DNA of 56,072 nucleotides from Octopus bimaculoides (GCF_001194135.2 NC_068984.1:74202575-74258646); one strand, 5' to 3'; positions 36,602-50,194 are shown, numbered from the stretch's first letter. The notes: a model not told the origin generated them from the sequence alone. Numbers and translations: made by a program.

Positions 36602-38181
36602 AAGTACATATATGTATATATATGTGTGCGTGCATGTGTGTGATTATATGTATGCATTTATGTACACACACACACATTCCCATACGTACATACAAATACA
36701 AGTGCATCATTATTCGGTAGCTTCAAGAAACAATAAGTCACGCATGAGAGAACGTATAATCCCCATAGCGTGCCATATAATAGAACATCAGTATGATTTT
36801 ATGAATAGGTTGTATGCAGATACGAGTTTGATTTTTGCGGGCTTTCGGGGAATTTTTTATGAGTCCGCTTCATTCAGTTGTCACTGGATTTTCGCTTCCT
36901 TTTTGGAGGTTTGACTGTCTGGCTGTCTATGAATTAAAATGTACATTTGTGTATCTGTCTGTATGTGTGCGTGTATATGTGTATATATATATATATATNN
37001 NNNNNNNNNNNNNNNNNNNNNNNNNNNNNNNNNNNNNNNNNNNNNNNNNNNNNNNNNNNNNNNNNNNNNNNNNNNNNNNNNNNNNNNNNNNNNNNNNNNN
37101 NNNNNNNNNNNNNNNNNNNNNNNNNNNNNNNNNNNNNNNNNNNNNNNNNNNNNNNNNNNNNNNNNNNNNNNNNNNNNNNNNNNNNNNNNNNNNNNNNNNN
37201 NNNNNNNNNNNNNNNNNNNNNNNNNNNNNNNNNNNNNNNNNNNNNNNNNNNNNNNNNNNNNNNNNNNNNNNNNNNNNNNNNNNNNNNNNNNNNNNNNNNN
37301 NNNNNNNNNNNNNNNNNNNNNNNNNNNNNNNNNNNNNNNNNNNNNNNNNNNNNNNNNNNNNNNNNNNNNNNNNNNNNNNNNNNNNNNNNNNNNNNNNNNN
37401 NNNNNNNNNNNNNNNNNNNNNNNNNNNNNNNNNNNNNNNNNNNNNNNNNNNNNNNNNNNNNNNNNNNNNNNNNNNNNNNNNNNNNNNNNNNNNNNNNNNN
37501 NNNNNNNNNNNNNNNNNNNNNNNNNNNNNNNNNNNNNNNNNNNNNNNNNNNNNNNNNNNNNNNNNNNNNNNNNNNNNNNNNNNNNNNNNNNNNNNNNNNN
37601 NNNNNNNNNNNNNNNNNNNNNNNNNNNNNNNNNNNNNNNNNNNNNNNNNNNNNNNNNNNNNNNNNNNNNNNNNNNNNNNNNNNNNNNNNNNNNNNNNNNN
37701 NNNNNNNNNNNNNNNNNNNNNNNNNNNNNNNNNNNNNNNNNNNNNNNNNNNNNNNNNNNNNNNNNNNNNNNNNNNNNNNNNNNNNNNNNNNNNNNNACCA
37801 CGCATAATACATATAATTATCAATATGCCTTTTGACTCCTATCCCTGCCATTATCCCACAAAGGCATGATAAATCTAACGCATACTCATGAACAGACACA
37901 AACATAGGCACATTAGACTCTGTCGTGTATATGACACTCACAAACATATACACACACACACATCCAACGCTTATGCACACCTGTACACTCTTGGTCAATT
38001 GCTTTCTTTCAGGAACTCATAAATAGCAATCAACTTCTCATTTGTCTTCCTTAATCCCTTCCGATTGTGTTCTGATAACTGTCACAATGATCATTATCAT
38101 CGTTTTCGTTGTCATCACTATCGTTGTTATTGTCTGATTACCATCGTCGTTATCATCATCATCATCATCATCACCGTCATC

Positions 38182-38215
<34 letters not shown>

Positions 38216-38799
38216 TCATCATCGTCATCATCATCATTATTAATCAATGCTAACAGCATGTCCGTACATCGAGGGAAATATCTCGTGTCAAAGAGTTGTC
38301 GTCTACCCGGTCACCCTATAAGCTAGGAATAATAAGTAAAATTCTGTTAAATTACACGCTACAAAAAATGGAAGGACATTATTCAAACTATAGTTTAAGG
38401 CACCGTATATTTGAAAAACAAGATTGATCGACCACAGCTAAATGCTCATTCGATCAACATTCTTATCGATTAGTTGTGATATATAGCTAAAAGAAAAACA
38501 AGCATCGTTATCATCCCGCTACCACCACCACCACCACCACCACAACCACAACCACCACCATAATCGCTGCAAATAATTCCATCGAAATTTATCTTTTGGA
38601 CCTGGAAAATGATATTTTAAAATTTACCTATTTCTTCTGAGAAAGCAGGCCAACTTGCACATTCTCACTCACGTAAGTTAGTAAAACACATATGAAGCAT
38701 ATTTAATTTTTCGTTATACTTAGGATGTACAAAGGTGGACTTCAAGTTTAGAAGTGACTAGTTTCTAGAGGTTTGTGAATGTAATGTAACTTAAATTCT

Positions 38800-39700
38800 C
38801 GTATCTCTCCCACCAGATACAACCTCCCATAACGTCCACGCTAAGCGCTTCTTGGTATCAGCGTTAAAAATTTAGAGATTCTTGGTAGACGTGCATCCCT
38901 TACTTTTCTGAGTATGCAATAAAGTACAAAATGTAGCCTATTTTTCTGTAATTCTTCCTTCATCAGTGCCTCAACCAGCTCCGAGAACCTTCCTTTACTA
39001 CGAGAAATCTATCCCTAGTTTTATCCTTTCCACTGAATACATTAAGTAATTCCTTCCACTCCAAGATATTTTTATCTGTGGTCTAGCAAAATACAACTGC
39101 CTTGGCCTAGGCAGCCTAGGAAAGAAGTAATGAAAGTAAGTAATTTGCTGCCTTTTCATTAAGAGCTGTGACAAATTATTCTATAAGACCATGTTTCATG
39201 TTGCACGGTGAGAACAATTCCTTCCAGTGGTCCACCGATGGCTCGTACATGACGTTGTTCCTCCCCAGAGACAAATCGTTTTGTTGTAGCTACTACTGTT
39301 TGCGTGTGATAGTACGCCACGGTGTCTATACTGTTCCAAAAGCAAAGAGGCGAAGCGTATTGAAGCTGCCTTCGAGACCCAACAGGGATGTTACCACTTT
39401 GAAGTTTGCGATTATCTCCCAAACATATTCACCATAACTTAAAGCATCTAGCAGGTCTTGACATTGTTGTACACTTTTTTGATGTGAATTGAGTGAACCA
39501 GGAAAATAGATGGGTACTTTTTTCCAATTACGGTGCAGCACAGATGTGACGCCCCTCAATGAGCTGTAAATGATGAGGCGTCACACGTTTGAGTTCTAGA
39601 CGATGCCTATTGCCTTGAAAAGGTCACATTTTGTCAGAAGCAAAATCTGCCTGCCAGATGCGTACAGCCTTTTAACGTCATCTCTATCTAATAAACGCAG
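38800..39700 (-). mobile_element. Heavily decayed DNA-transposon transposase, Chapaev3/CMC-like
   Basis: Frameshift-corrected: (W)RLIIYSS...SVLHRNWKKYPSI..HSIH...Y.EYVWEII..FKVV..LLGL...CFWNS...SPCNMKHGLI..FVTAL...FPRL...RPQIK...YQ.......MGGCIW follows the WRLFIDSS/LLHNGNKYPS/PPLHIKLGL/GPQIR/RYQG..DYCW motif order. The family name is from recall. Confidence 0.7.
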
Positions 39701-40043
39701 AAAGCTCTATCTACTTATGCAGCTAAAGCTAAACTGTACTGGTAAGCTGAAGGGCCCCGTACTTAAATTACAATTTATATATCTGAAAAGTCTGAGAAAA
39801 TACTCTGATAGCTATCAACAACAAATCTATTTGGAATGTTCTGGGAAACAGCTGAATTTCAGCATATTATTGAGGTCACAAAAATAATGTTTGACGAAAA
39901 TAACAAGCATTTCTTTTCTATTTTAGGCTTATGCAATAAGTATTACTTACTAAAAAAAAAAAGTAAAAACTAAACGCTTCGCCACATAGTGTTAATTTTA
40001 CTGCTTTGTAAGAGTGTCACTGCGAGGCTGCTCGATTTACAGT

Positions 40044-40422
40044 TGTTGAAACTCCGTCGCTTACGACGTCGAGGGTTCCAGTTGATCCGATCAACGGAAC
40101 AGCCTGCTCGTGAAATTAACGTGCAAGTGGCTGAGCACTCCACAGACACGTGTACCCTTAACGTAGTTCTCGGTGATATTCAGCGTGACACAGTGTGACA
40201 AGGCTGACCCTTTGAATTACAGGCTGAACAGAAACAGGAAGTAAGAGTGAGGGAAAGTTATGGTGGAAGAGTACAGCAGGGTTCGCCACCATCTCCTGCC
40301 GGAGCCTCGTGGAGCTTTAGGTGTTTTCGCTCAATAAACACTAACAACGCCCGGTCTGGGAATCGAAACCGCGATCCTATGATCGTATGTCCGCTGCCCT
40401 AACCACTGGGCCATTGCGCCTC
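40044..40422 (-). mobile_element. SINE-C full-length, young, with 13-bp target-site duplication
   Basis: tRNA-like head ggcgcaatggcccagtggttagggc...ggtttcgattcccag. CTCGATTTACAGT is repeated at 40031-40043 and 40423-40435. Confidence 0.92.
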
Positions 40423-40695
40423 CTCGATTTACAGTAATAACAACTAAATTTCCGTCAAGTACATTTTCCTCTATATCATTAAGGAAAGGATATACAGGAT
40501 AATCTAGACCAAGATATACAATTAACAAAGAAGGGATGGTCATGACTGAAGTGTCTCTGCTCAATGAAGGTGAAATTAGGGTTAAACAATAACAGTAGTA
40601 TTCAAATAGGTACTGAAGAGGAGCTTTTGAATACTACAGTTCTACACAGGAAGCTGGTTAAGCTAATGTTTGTATGTATGTATGTATGTATGCAT

Positions 40696-40755
<60 letters not shown>

Positions 40756-41597
40756 ACGCACTCATTCATAAATTCATAGATAGTACATAAATGTCTGTGC
40801 GTCTTCCTATATGTGTATGAATGCAAGTTTGACTAAATTATGTCGCAACTTATCGAAAGGTTATTCAACTTACTATACAATAACTTTCACATTATTACCT
40901 CTTATCTTCCTGTATGAAAATTATCCAGTTTAGTGTGCAGTTTATACTTTTGTACGAGCGCTGCCGTATTTGGGTGTGTTAAACCGAAACTGTTCGCTAA
41001 ACAAAAGTGTTATTAAGATCAGTTGAGCATATTTTTAAAGTATCACCGGAAAGACATTAAAATGTGTCTTTTGTAATATATATATATTTCTATATATAAA
41101 TATAAATGAATAAATGAATGAATAAAGAAAAAAGCTGAATGGCGGATGCGTATGCTTTGCATTGACAAACAAGTCTTTATTTGTAAGAATATGGATAAAT
41201 GTGGCAAAAATTGTAAATTTGAATGGTCTTACTCTCAGCGTGTGCCCGTTTTGGGGGAGTAACAGTTATGTGAGGGCTCGTGCCTTTGGTAGTCTGGGTG
41301 ATCCTGGATGTTGGGTTCCATGATTGGTCTTCGTTAGAGGTTCTCCTGCCTCAGGAAGGCTGCACCATTCACGGCTCCACATATTTTGTATACTACATAT
41401 GCTTATCTCTCATTTCTCGCCTTTCTATTCTAGTCTGTCCTTTCATCATTTATGCTCCTCCCTCCACCTCGCGCACAAATTGTTATGTTCTTGTAACGTC
41501 TTGTTCTTATAATTTTCCCCTTCGTTTGATGCCCCTCTGGAAAATAAAAGAAATCATCATCATGTCCGCCGTCGTCATGGCTACCATCATCATCACG

Positions 41598-41714
41598 ACT
41601 AGCATCATCATAAAACTGACTACTACTACTACTGTTACTACTACTACTACCACCACCACCACCACTACTACTACTACTACTACCACCACCACCACTACTA
41701 CTACTACTACTACT
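41598..41714. repeat. (CTA)n/(CCA)n trinucleotide microsatellite
   Basis: Direct reading. Confidence 0.95.
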
Positions 41715-41814
41715 GGATGGGAGTCTTTCTCGTAATGCTTGCAACTGAGTGTATTTTGCAGCAAGCGTTCCTGAGTTACATGGTCGTGTTATTAACGTAC
41801 ATGGTCGTGTTATT

Positions 41815-42140
41815 CACAGCCTGCTCGTGAAATTAACGTGCAAGTGGCTGAGCACTCCACAGACACGTGTACCCTTAACGTAGTTCTCGGGGATATTCAG
41901 CGTGACACAGTGTGACAAGGCTGACCCTTTGAATTGCAGGCACAACAGAAACAGGAAGTAAGAGTGAGAGAAAGTTGTGGTGGAAGAGTACAGCAGGGTT
42001 CGCCACCATCCCCTGTTGGAGCCTCGTGGAGCTTTAGGTGTTTTCGCTCAATAAACACTCACAACGCCCGGTCTGGGAATCGAAACCGCGATCCTATGAC
42101 CGCGAATCCGCTGCCCTAACCATTGGGCCATTGTGCCTCC
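41815..42140 (-). mobile_element. SINE-C copy, 3-prime truncated
   Basis: Near-identical to 40100-40422; its 3-prime end abuts a 21-bp-period tandem duplication (tacatggtcgtgttatt x2, 41777-41814). Confidence 0.9.
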
Positions 42141-42356
42141 ACAGTTACCAGGAAAGGAATTCTAAAAGTACAATGTTATTCAATTATTTTGTAAGCGCGG
42201 ACATTTTCTTAATGGAATGATTTTAAAAAGCCTGCAAGGTTACTTTATCAGGCTCTCTACTCTTTCTATTAGTTTTATTTCTTCATCCTATTGTTTATGA
42301 TGAAATAAAAGATCGAAGGAGATGCACGCGTTAACAGACGCTATATTACTATAAAT

Positions 42357-42554
42357 TTCAAATTTAGGCACAAAGCCAGCAATTTTATGAAGGGGGCAGG
42401 TCGATTATATCGACCCCAGTGCTCAACTGATACTTATTTTATCGACCCCGAAAGGATGCAAGGCAAACTTGATTTCAGCGAAATTTGAACTCAGAATATG
42501 AAAATGCTAAGCACTTGGTCCGCCGTGCTAACGATTTTGCAAAGTCGCCGCCTG
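42357..42554 (-). mobile_element. SINE-A copy (left member of an inverted pair)
   Basis: ttttatcgaccccgaaaggatg...aaatttgaactcagaa...gctaacgattttgc. Confidence 0.82.
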
Positions 42555-42584
42555 AAGAGGGTCTGTTTATATTTCCTTGTGTTA

Positions 42585-42793
42585 AGGCAGCGAGCGGGCA
42601 GAATTGTTAGTACACCCGGAAAAATGCTTAGCAAACTTTCGTCTGTCTTCCCATTCTGAGTTCGAATTCCGCCGTGGTCGACTTTGCCTTTCATCTTTTC
42701 GGTGTCGATAAAATAAGTACCTGTTGTCGATGTAAGAGACTTACTCCTCCCATAAAAATTTCTGGCCTTGTACCAAAATTTGAAACCAATATT
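42585..42793 (+). mobile_element. SINE-A copy (right member of an inverted pair)
   Basis: aaggcagcgagcgggcagaattgttag...gactttgcctttcatcttttcggtgtcgataaaataagtacc. Confidence 0.82.
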
Positions 42794-43329
42794 ACCTTGT
42801 GTTGGTTAGCAGATGACATTCTTATATGAAGAAAGACAAAAACAAACGGAGAATGGAAACAATGAAAGATATAAAGAAATTAGATGAAAGGAATGAAAGA
42901 AATATGAGAGACACGGAGAAGAAATGAGAGTTGACAGAAAGAACGAGAAGAAAGAAATATAGACAGAAAAGAGAAATAATCAAATAAAGACAATGAAAAA
43001 AAGAAAAGAAGTGACAAAGGGAGAAGAAAGGTTTGAAAAAAGCGAAAGAAAGACAGACAAGAAAGAAAGAAAAGACAGACAAGAAAGAAAGAAAAGAAAA
43101 TCACAGAAGCAAACAAAATGTGTAGAACAAAACAATAGGAAAACATCAAAGACTACCACGGTATAAGTGTTGAAAGATTCAAATATACGTTGATCACATA
43201 AGGATTATGATATCACATGGGTAGGAAGATCATAGTGAAGATAAGACACGGACGAATTTGTGCAGAGCAGGTACGATATAGAAGAATTATTTTCAAATTA
43301 TGGTGAGTATATGTATACATCATATACGT

Positions 43330-43493
<164 letters not shown>

Positions 43494-43721
43494 ATATCGT
43501 CTAAGGATGATGTATGCATGTTTAGATTGGGTGGTTACACTACTTAGCTTCGGTAGGCCACATGGATGTGACAAATTCATGCACACTCACGCACGCAGAA
43601 TGTGTATGCATGTGTGTGTGTGTGTGAGAGAGAGAGAGAAAGAGGAAGCCGCTTATTATAATCGAGAGTAATGTTATGAAACAGTTATTGTTATTAAAAT
43701 TAGTCAAGATATAGTCATATC

Positions 43722-43928
43722 TTTTCTATCATAGGCACAAGGCCCAAAATTTGGTGGGAGGGAGGCCAGTCGATTAGATCGACCCAGTGCATAACTGGTA
43801 CTTAATTTAGCGACCTCGAAAGGATGAAAGGCAAAGTCGACCTCGGCGGAATTTGAACTCAGAACGTAAAGACAGACGAAATATTGCTAAGCGTTTCGCT
43901 CGGCGTGCTAACTTTTCTACCAGCTTGC
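43722..43928 (-). mobile_element. SINE-A monomer
   Basis: aggcacaaggccc...gaaaggatgaaaggcaaagtcgacctcggcggaatttgaactcagaacg. Confidence 0.85.
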
Positions 43929-43950
43929 ATTTTAAAAAGAAACGTAGAAG

Positions 43951-44374
43951 GAATCTTTTCTACTCTAGGCACAAGGCCCGAAATTTTGAGAGAGGGGGGC
44001 TAGTCGATTAGATCAACCTCAGTACGCAAATGGTACTTTATTTATCGACCTCGAAAGGATGAAAAGCAAAGTCGACCTCGGTGGAATTTTAACTCAGGAC
44101 ATAAAGACAGACGAAATACCGGTAACCATTTCGCCTGACGTGCTAACGTTTCTTATTTCTTTATTGCCCACCAGGGGCTAAACATAGAGGAGACAAACAA
44201 GGACAGACGAAGGGATTAAGTCGATTACATCGCCACTAGTACATAACTGGTACTTAATTTATCGACCCCGAAAGGATGAAAGACAAAGTCGGCCTTGGCG
44301 AAATTTGAACTCAGACGAAATACTGCTAAGCATTACGCCCGGCGTGCTAACGTTTCTGCTAGCTCGCCGCCTTA
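43951..44374 (-). mobile_element. Dimeric SINE-A
   Basis: Left monomer with tail ...tttagcccctggtgggcaataaagaaataaga fused to a head-clipped right monomer starting aacgttagcacg; junction at about 44153. Confidence 0.8.
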
Positions 44375-45811
44375 AGACAAAGTTATATTATCAGGTTAAT
44401 ACTATCAACCGGTTATTATTATCTAAACGGTTACATTCCAGATTGAGTAAAATAAGCACCTTCCAATCTTTCGAAGTATTCCTTCAAGAAGTACAATCTC
44501 CGTTTTTTTTGAGGTTTTTTTTTCCGCAGATCAAAGATATAAGAAAAATATCATTTCTTCTCACAGCTAAGATTTTCTAATAATTAAATTCACACTATGT
44601 TGAGCCTTACACACACAAACACACACGCGCGCACACATACACACACGCTCGCACACACATACATGCATACACACACATATATGTGACTCTAAATGTAATT
44701 TGAAACCAAGTCTTGTTTCTCTGGATTCAATGTCTTCTTGTTGGACATTGGATGCTAGGATTTTAGGTATGAGCTCTAATTCTCTGTATTTAAAAGCGTT
44801 CTTCACATATTATCATATGTGTGTATGTGTGTGTGCACATGTGTGTATGTATGTGCGTGTTTGTGTGTGTGTGTGTGTGTATGAATGTATACGTACGTGC
44901 ATGTGTGTGTGTGTCTGTCTGTGTCTGTGTCTATGTGTGTGCCTGTGTATGATGAGAGGGAGAAGAAATTATAGTGCAAATTTAACATCGACGGTCTAAA
45001 ATGGAAGTGGAATTTGTAATGGTGCTTCTACCAGTGCAAGTCCCGGCCTTTGGCTATTTGTCTTCTGAAAGTATTTAGCGATTGCTGCAGTTAACAGAGG
45101 TGGTCTCTCTCTCCCGCTCTCCCTCTGTTTATATATATATATATATCAATAATAAAAGTTTGCACAGAAAGTCGACAAGGAGCACAGGCAAAATATATAC
45201 AAAAGATGTGAACGCGCCCATCACACAATAGTTACCTACCAAACGTCATTGCAATTTCGTGCCATGTATGTACTGTATAATGTGCTTTAAATGCACGGCA
45301 CATGACTATAAGAATTAACGCTCAATCTCTATACAATATTAAACTTCTATATTCCGATATTGCATGTGCACTTCTCAGAGCATTAAAATGTATATATTTA
45401 GAGTTTCGCTATTATGTAGGAAAAAGACATCATAAAAATGGCAGAAAACAAAGTATTTATTTTAAAAATCGTTATTTGCACTCTGTACAGCGAGATCTAA
45501 AACGGTGATTTGTATATATGTATTCTTAATACATCCAGCAGATTCGAACGCAAACTATGCTTGTCGCTGTGGTGTATCTAAAAAGAGGACAACTTCTCCC
45601 CATTATAACAACAGTGTGTTCCTATCACACTCACATTATTGGTGCAAGAGTATTCTGTGTCACCGGTGTTTCGATATGTGTCTTGTTAAATTATTTATAT
45701 TTCGAGCCTTTTGATTACGTTTGTTTGAATAATTTTATAAACATAAAATTATATGGAAACGAACGTATTGAAGGATAACTTATTTTCCGTTCTTAGTTCA
45801 TATTGATATGC

Positions 45812-45812
<1 letters not shown>

Positions 45813-45893
<81 letters not shown>
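45813..45893. repeat. (TG)n microsatellite
   Basis: Direct reading. Confidence 0.97.
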
Positions 45894-45896
<3 letters not shown>

Positions 45897-46024
45897 TGCG
45901 TGTAATTTAATAGGACAGTTCAAACAAAACTTTTGTCCCTCGATTCACCGATGTACTCTTCTTTCTGTACATATCTTAATTTCTTCTGTTTGTATAAGCA
46001 ATCCTATGTGTGTGTTTATGCCGC

Positions 46025-46059
<35 letters not shown>

Positions 46060-46440
46060 GCACGCACGCACACACGCACACACACACACATTAATCTAGA
46101 GGGTGTTGCTTAATATTTCATGTTACAAGAAATAAGAAACAAAAGATTTTGGGTGTACTATGATATCGACAAATCTCTATCTTCACACTCCCACATCAGA
46201 ATTCCATTCTGACATATTATGGCATGTAAACGCCCGAAATGACACAAGTGAGACGTTAAAAAAGTGCTTCTTTTTATTGTCCAAGATCATCTAAGTGGAA
46301 AAGTAAAAGAAACCGCATACAGCAGATTTCATCAAGACAGTGATTCGCGTATTTGGCATAATGATCATAAAAGAAAAACAATAATTAAAATTGGACCTCA
46401 AATTATAAACAGAAAACAATATACAATCAAAACAATATTA

Positions 46441-46627
46441 AACAGGCGCAGGAGTGGCTGTGTGGTAAGTAGCTTGCTTACCAGCCACATGGTTCTGGGT
46501 TCAGTCCCACTGCGTGGTACCTTAAATAAGTGTCTTCTACTATAGCCTCGGGCCGACCAAAACTTTGTGAGTGGATTTGGTAGACGAAAACTGAAAGAAG
46601 CCTGTCGTATATATGCATATATATATA
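46441..46627 (+). mobile_element. SINE-B 5-prime half running into a gap at its internal microsatellite
   Basis: aggcgcaggagtggctgtgtggtaag...gaaagaagcctgtcgtatatat then N. Confidence 0.88.
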
Positions 46628-47232
46628 NNNNNNNNNNNNNNNNNNNNNNNNNNNNNNNNNNNNNNNNNNNNNNNNNNNNNNNNNNNNNNNNNNNNNNNNN
46701 NNNNNNNNNNNNNNNNNNNNNNNNNNNNNNNNNNNNNNNNNNNNNNNNNNNNNNNNNNNNNNNNNNNNNNNNNNNNNNNNNNNNNNNNNNNNNNNNNNNN
46801 NNNNNNNNNNNNNNNNNNNNNNNNNNNNNNNNNNNNNNNNNNNNNNNNNNNNNNNNNNNNNNNNNNNNNNNNNNNNNNNNNNNNNNNNNNNNNNNNNNNN
46901 NNNNNNNNNNNNNNNNNNNNNNNNNNNNNNNNNNNNNNNNNNNNNNNNNNNNNNNNNNNNNNNNNNNNNNNNNNNNNNNNNNNNNNNNNNNNNNNNNNNN
47001 NNNNNNNNNNNNNNNNNNNNNNNNNNNNNNNNNNNNNNNNNNNNNNNNNNNNNNNNNNNNNNNNNNNNNNNNNNNNNNNNNNNNNNNNNNNNNNNNNNNN
47101 NNNNNNNNNNNNNNNNNNNNNNNNNNNNNNNNNNNNNNNNNNNNNNNNNNNNNNNNNNNNNNNNNNNNNNNNNNNNNNNNNNNNNNNNNNNNNNNNNNNN
47201 NNNNNNNNNNNNNNNNNNNNNNNNNNNNNNNN

Positions 47233-47603
47233 AGACCAGTGGATAAGATCATCTCAGTACGCAACAAGGTACTTACTTTATCGACCCCGTAAAGGATGAA
47301 AAGCAAAGTCAACTTCGGCGGAATTTGATCTCCGAACGTAAAGATAGACGAAATACCACTAAGCATTTCGCCCGGCGTGCTAACGGCTCTTATTTCTTTA
47401 CTACCCACAAGGGGCTAAACACAGAGGGGACAAACAAGGACAAACAAACGGATTAGGTCGATTATATCGACCCTAGTGAGCAACTAGTACTTATTTAATC
47501 GACCCCAAAAGTATGAAAGGCAAAGTCGACCTCGGCAGAATTTGAACTCAGAACGTAGCGGCATTTCGCCCGGCGTGCTAACGTTTCTGCTAGCTCGCCG
47601 CCT
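47233..47603 (-). mobile_element. Second dimeric SINE-A
   Basis: Same junction (gctaacg..tcttatttcttta..cccac.aggggctaaaca.agagg.gacaaacaaggaca) at about 47388. Confidence 0.8.
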
Positions 47604-50194
47604 TTAATGGCAGATATTCGTTGCAGTATTTGAAATCAGGAAAGCGTTGTGATGTTCACCTTTAATAAAGTCGTAATTTCACAAAATTTTAAATAGTTTC
47701 TCCAGGTTTCGATCTGTTTGATCTCCTCTCAGCATTATCTCTTTCCATACATGTTTAAACATAATACTAGGACTGATTCGAGCACAAAATACGGAATTCA
47801 GAAATATAGTATTAGAAAAGTTACCAAAAAGCCCCATGAAAGCTCTGTTGATAATAATAATGACGTAGTGATTATGATGAGGATGGTAGTGCTGGTGACA
47901 AAGATGAAGACAACGAAGACGAAAAACATAAATATAATAATGACGATGACTACCACGACAACGACGGTGACGATGATGATGGTGATGATGACAACTACGG
48001 CGACGANNNNNNNNNNNNNNNNNNNNNNNNNNNNNNNNNNNNNNNNNNNNNNNNNNNNNNNNNNNNNNNNNNNNNNNNNNNNNNNNNNNNNNNNNNNNNN
48101 NNNNNNTGGTGGTGGTGGTGGTGGTAGCGATGTTGCCAGTGAAAACGATCAACAACGAAACCGAAAGGCAGTGACAGCTTCGTCTTCGATTACAAACGGC
48201 AAAAATAACAATAGCAGGCTTCAAGCTGCAGTTTAATACGGTTTCACGTTTTGCCGTATCGGACTGAAATGTATTGTGAAGGTATACATTATACAGACCT
48301 ATCAAGTTTTTAAAGCATCTCTCGTGATATCCACATATATACGTATATACGTATGTATATATGTACTTACGTGTGTAGCGGTTTGTATTTTCTGCGTATG
48401 TATGTATGTATATGTGTATGTATTTATATATGTATATATATACATGAGACTGTGTATGTGCGTGTGTGTGTTTTTGTGTTTATGAGAGAGAGTGAGAAAG
48501 GGAGAAAGGAGAAAGAGAAGGCCAAAAAGAAACAGAGTGAGGTGAAAAGAGGGAAGAGAAGGAAGAAAGAGGGTTTGGCATTTATAAACGCGGGTGGACG
48601 TCTGTCAGTAAGCTTATACATTTGGTGGTATGCATGTTTGTGTGTTTGTATGAAAATATGTTAATGTATATAAATAAGAGTCTCAGAATAGTACTGATCG
48701 TGTGTTAGTGTTTCGATATGTGACAGGGTTGTGTGTGTGTGTGTGAGTATTTTGTGGGCGCTTAAATGTGTGTGGCAGATAAGGAGACTAAGACATAAAG
48801 ACAGTGAACGAAAGTGCGAAAATATCAGTCGTAATTTTCTTATTGCAGGTACGTTCCAAGACAACCACTCACTAATGCTAACGAGTATGATGTACGTGGA
48901 AAGGTCTCCGGGAGCCTGAAGACGTCTTGGGACATAAATAGCTTCTCATCTCAGAACATTACTTTTACTACTACACACGTAGAGCTCCACCGACCTGTCG
49001 TAAAAGCCCTGGAAAATCGGCCTTATCTCGAGACCTATTAAGTACAGCCAGGACACACAGTCTTCATGAAATTGGTTTGAAGATGGGCTTTTTTCTCTAC
49101 TGGATATAGATTTGGGTAGAGAAAGCCTTATCCTCAATTCTTTTATGTAGGTCCTCTATACAACAGTCTTTTCACTTAAGATTTTTTCAACAGTTTTTTT
49201 TTTTTTTTTTCACTTTTTTCACCAAATAGCGAAAAGCTGCCTGACTTTTTACATTGAAAGAGAGCGCAGCACGTGACAGGGATGTAGCTGCAATAATCTG
49301 GGATATGCCTGTCCAGACTGAAAAAGATATAAAAATACTATCCAGATATAATTATTAATAGTAGGAAAAAATTATCGTCACTATGATAGAGAAACATCGT
49401 GATCCCTATCTTTTCTTTAGCTAAATGTCGTCTCGGAAGAGGATGAGAGTCTATCAAAGTGCAACGATCTTGAAACAGAAATAAGCCGAAGTGAACGTAA
49501 GGTAGTATCAATAACAAATGGAAAACTTTGTATGATAAAGATCATGAACGAAATTATGAAAAGCATTCGATGATTCATATTAGCAACACACTCACACAGC
49601 TCGAATATTAACCTTGTTAGTCACAGCCTATACATTACGCAAAATACTTTTAATTACAACACACTCCCGACACATTCATCCCCCAATAAATTAAAATGAT
49701 TCACAGAACACACACTCGATATTATTCACGTCACTTTTCAAGTGGCGTGAATAATAAATTCACGTCATCTAAAATTCTCCAAATTCTACCCAAGAGTCAC
49801 TTATTGATATGGCACAGTCTGCTCAGCACATAGTCTACAGTGTAGAGTTCACGCACTCAAAACCAAGTAACTCATATGGGTTTGCACGATTAAAGTTGAC
49901 CTGTAACTATGTAGATGCAACTACATCATCATCAAAACAACAACAACAGCCAGAGCGGCAACAAGACGGAAGGTTCTGCTAGGGCTTTTCACTTACTAGA
50001 AATAGCAGCAAAATCTCCTTACAATCCTAATAATAGGGCACATTCAATAATCTACCTAGCAGTACGATATATTTAAAAAAGCAATGAACATGAGTCTCTG
50101 TCGTGGCCAGATTCCTTTTTTGATAGTAGGTCTGGTTGACCAGGGCAAACTTGGGGCCAAACAAAGCAATTAAAGGAGGGAAAGGTAAGAAAAT

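Noticed and set aside
39095-39135. cctaggcagcctagg motif first read as an RTE UTR or palindrome
   Set aside because: It falls in frame within the Chapaev3-like transposase remnant (FPRL...PQIK region).
40340-40422. tRNA-like sequences (also at 12117, 24650, 42060, 51404 and SINE-B heads)
   Set aside because: A and B boxes are present but each continues into a SINE body and lacks a complete cloverleaf acceptor stem, so they are SINE heads, not tRNA genes.
41777-41814. 21-bp-period tandem duplication at the truncated SINE-C end
   Set aside because: Two copies only; most simply a repair scar at the deletion breakpoint.
42820-43140. Phe/Leu/Ser-rich membrane-protein-like ORFs
   Set aside because: Reverse translation of a purine-rich low-complexity tract.
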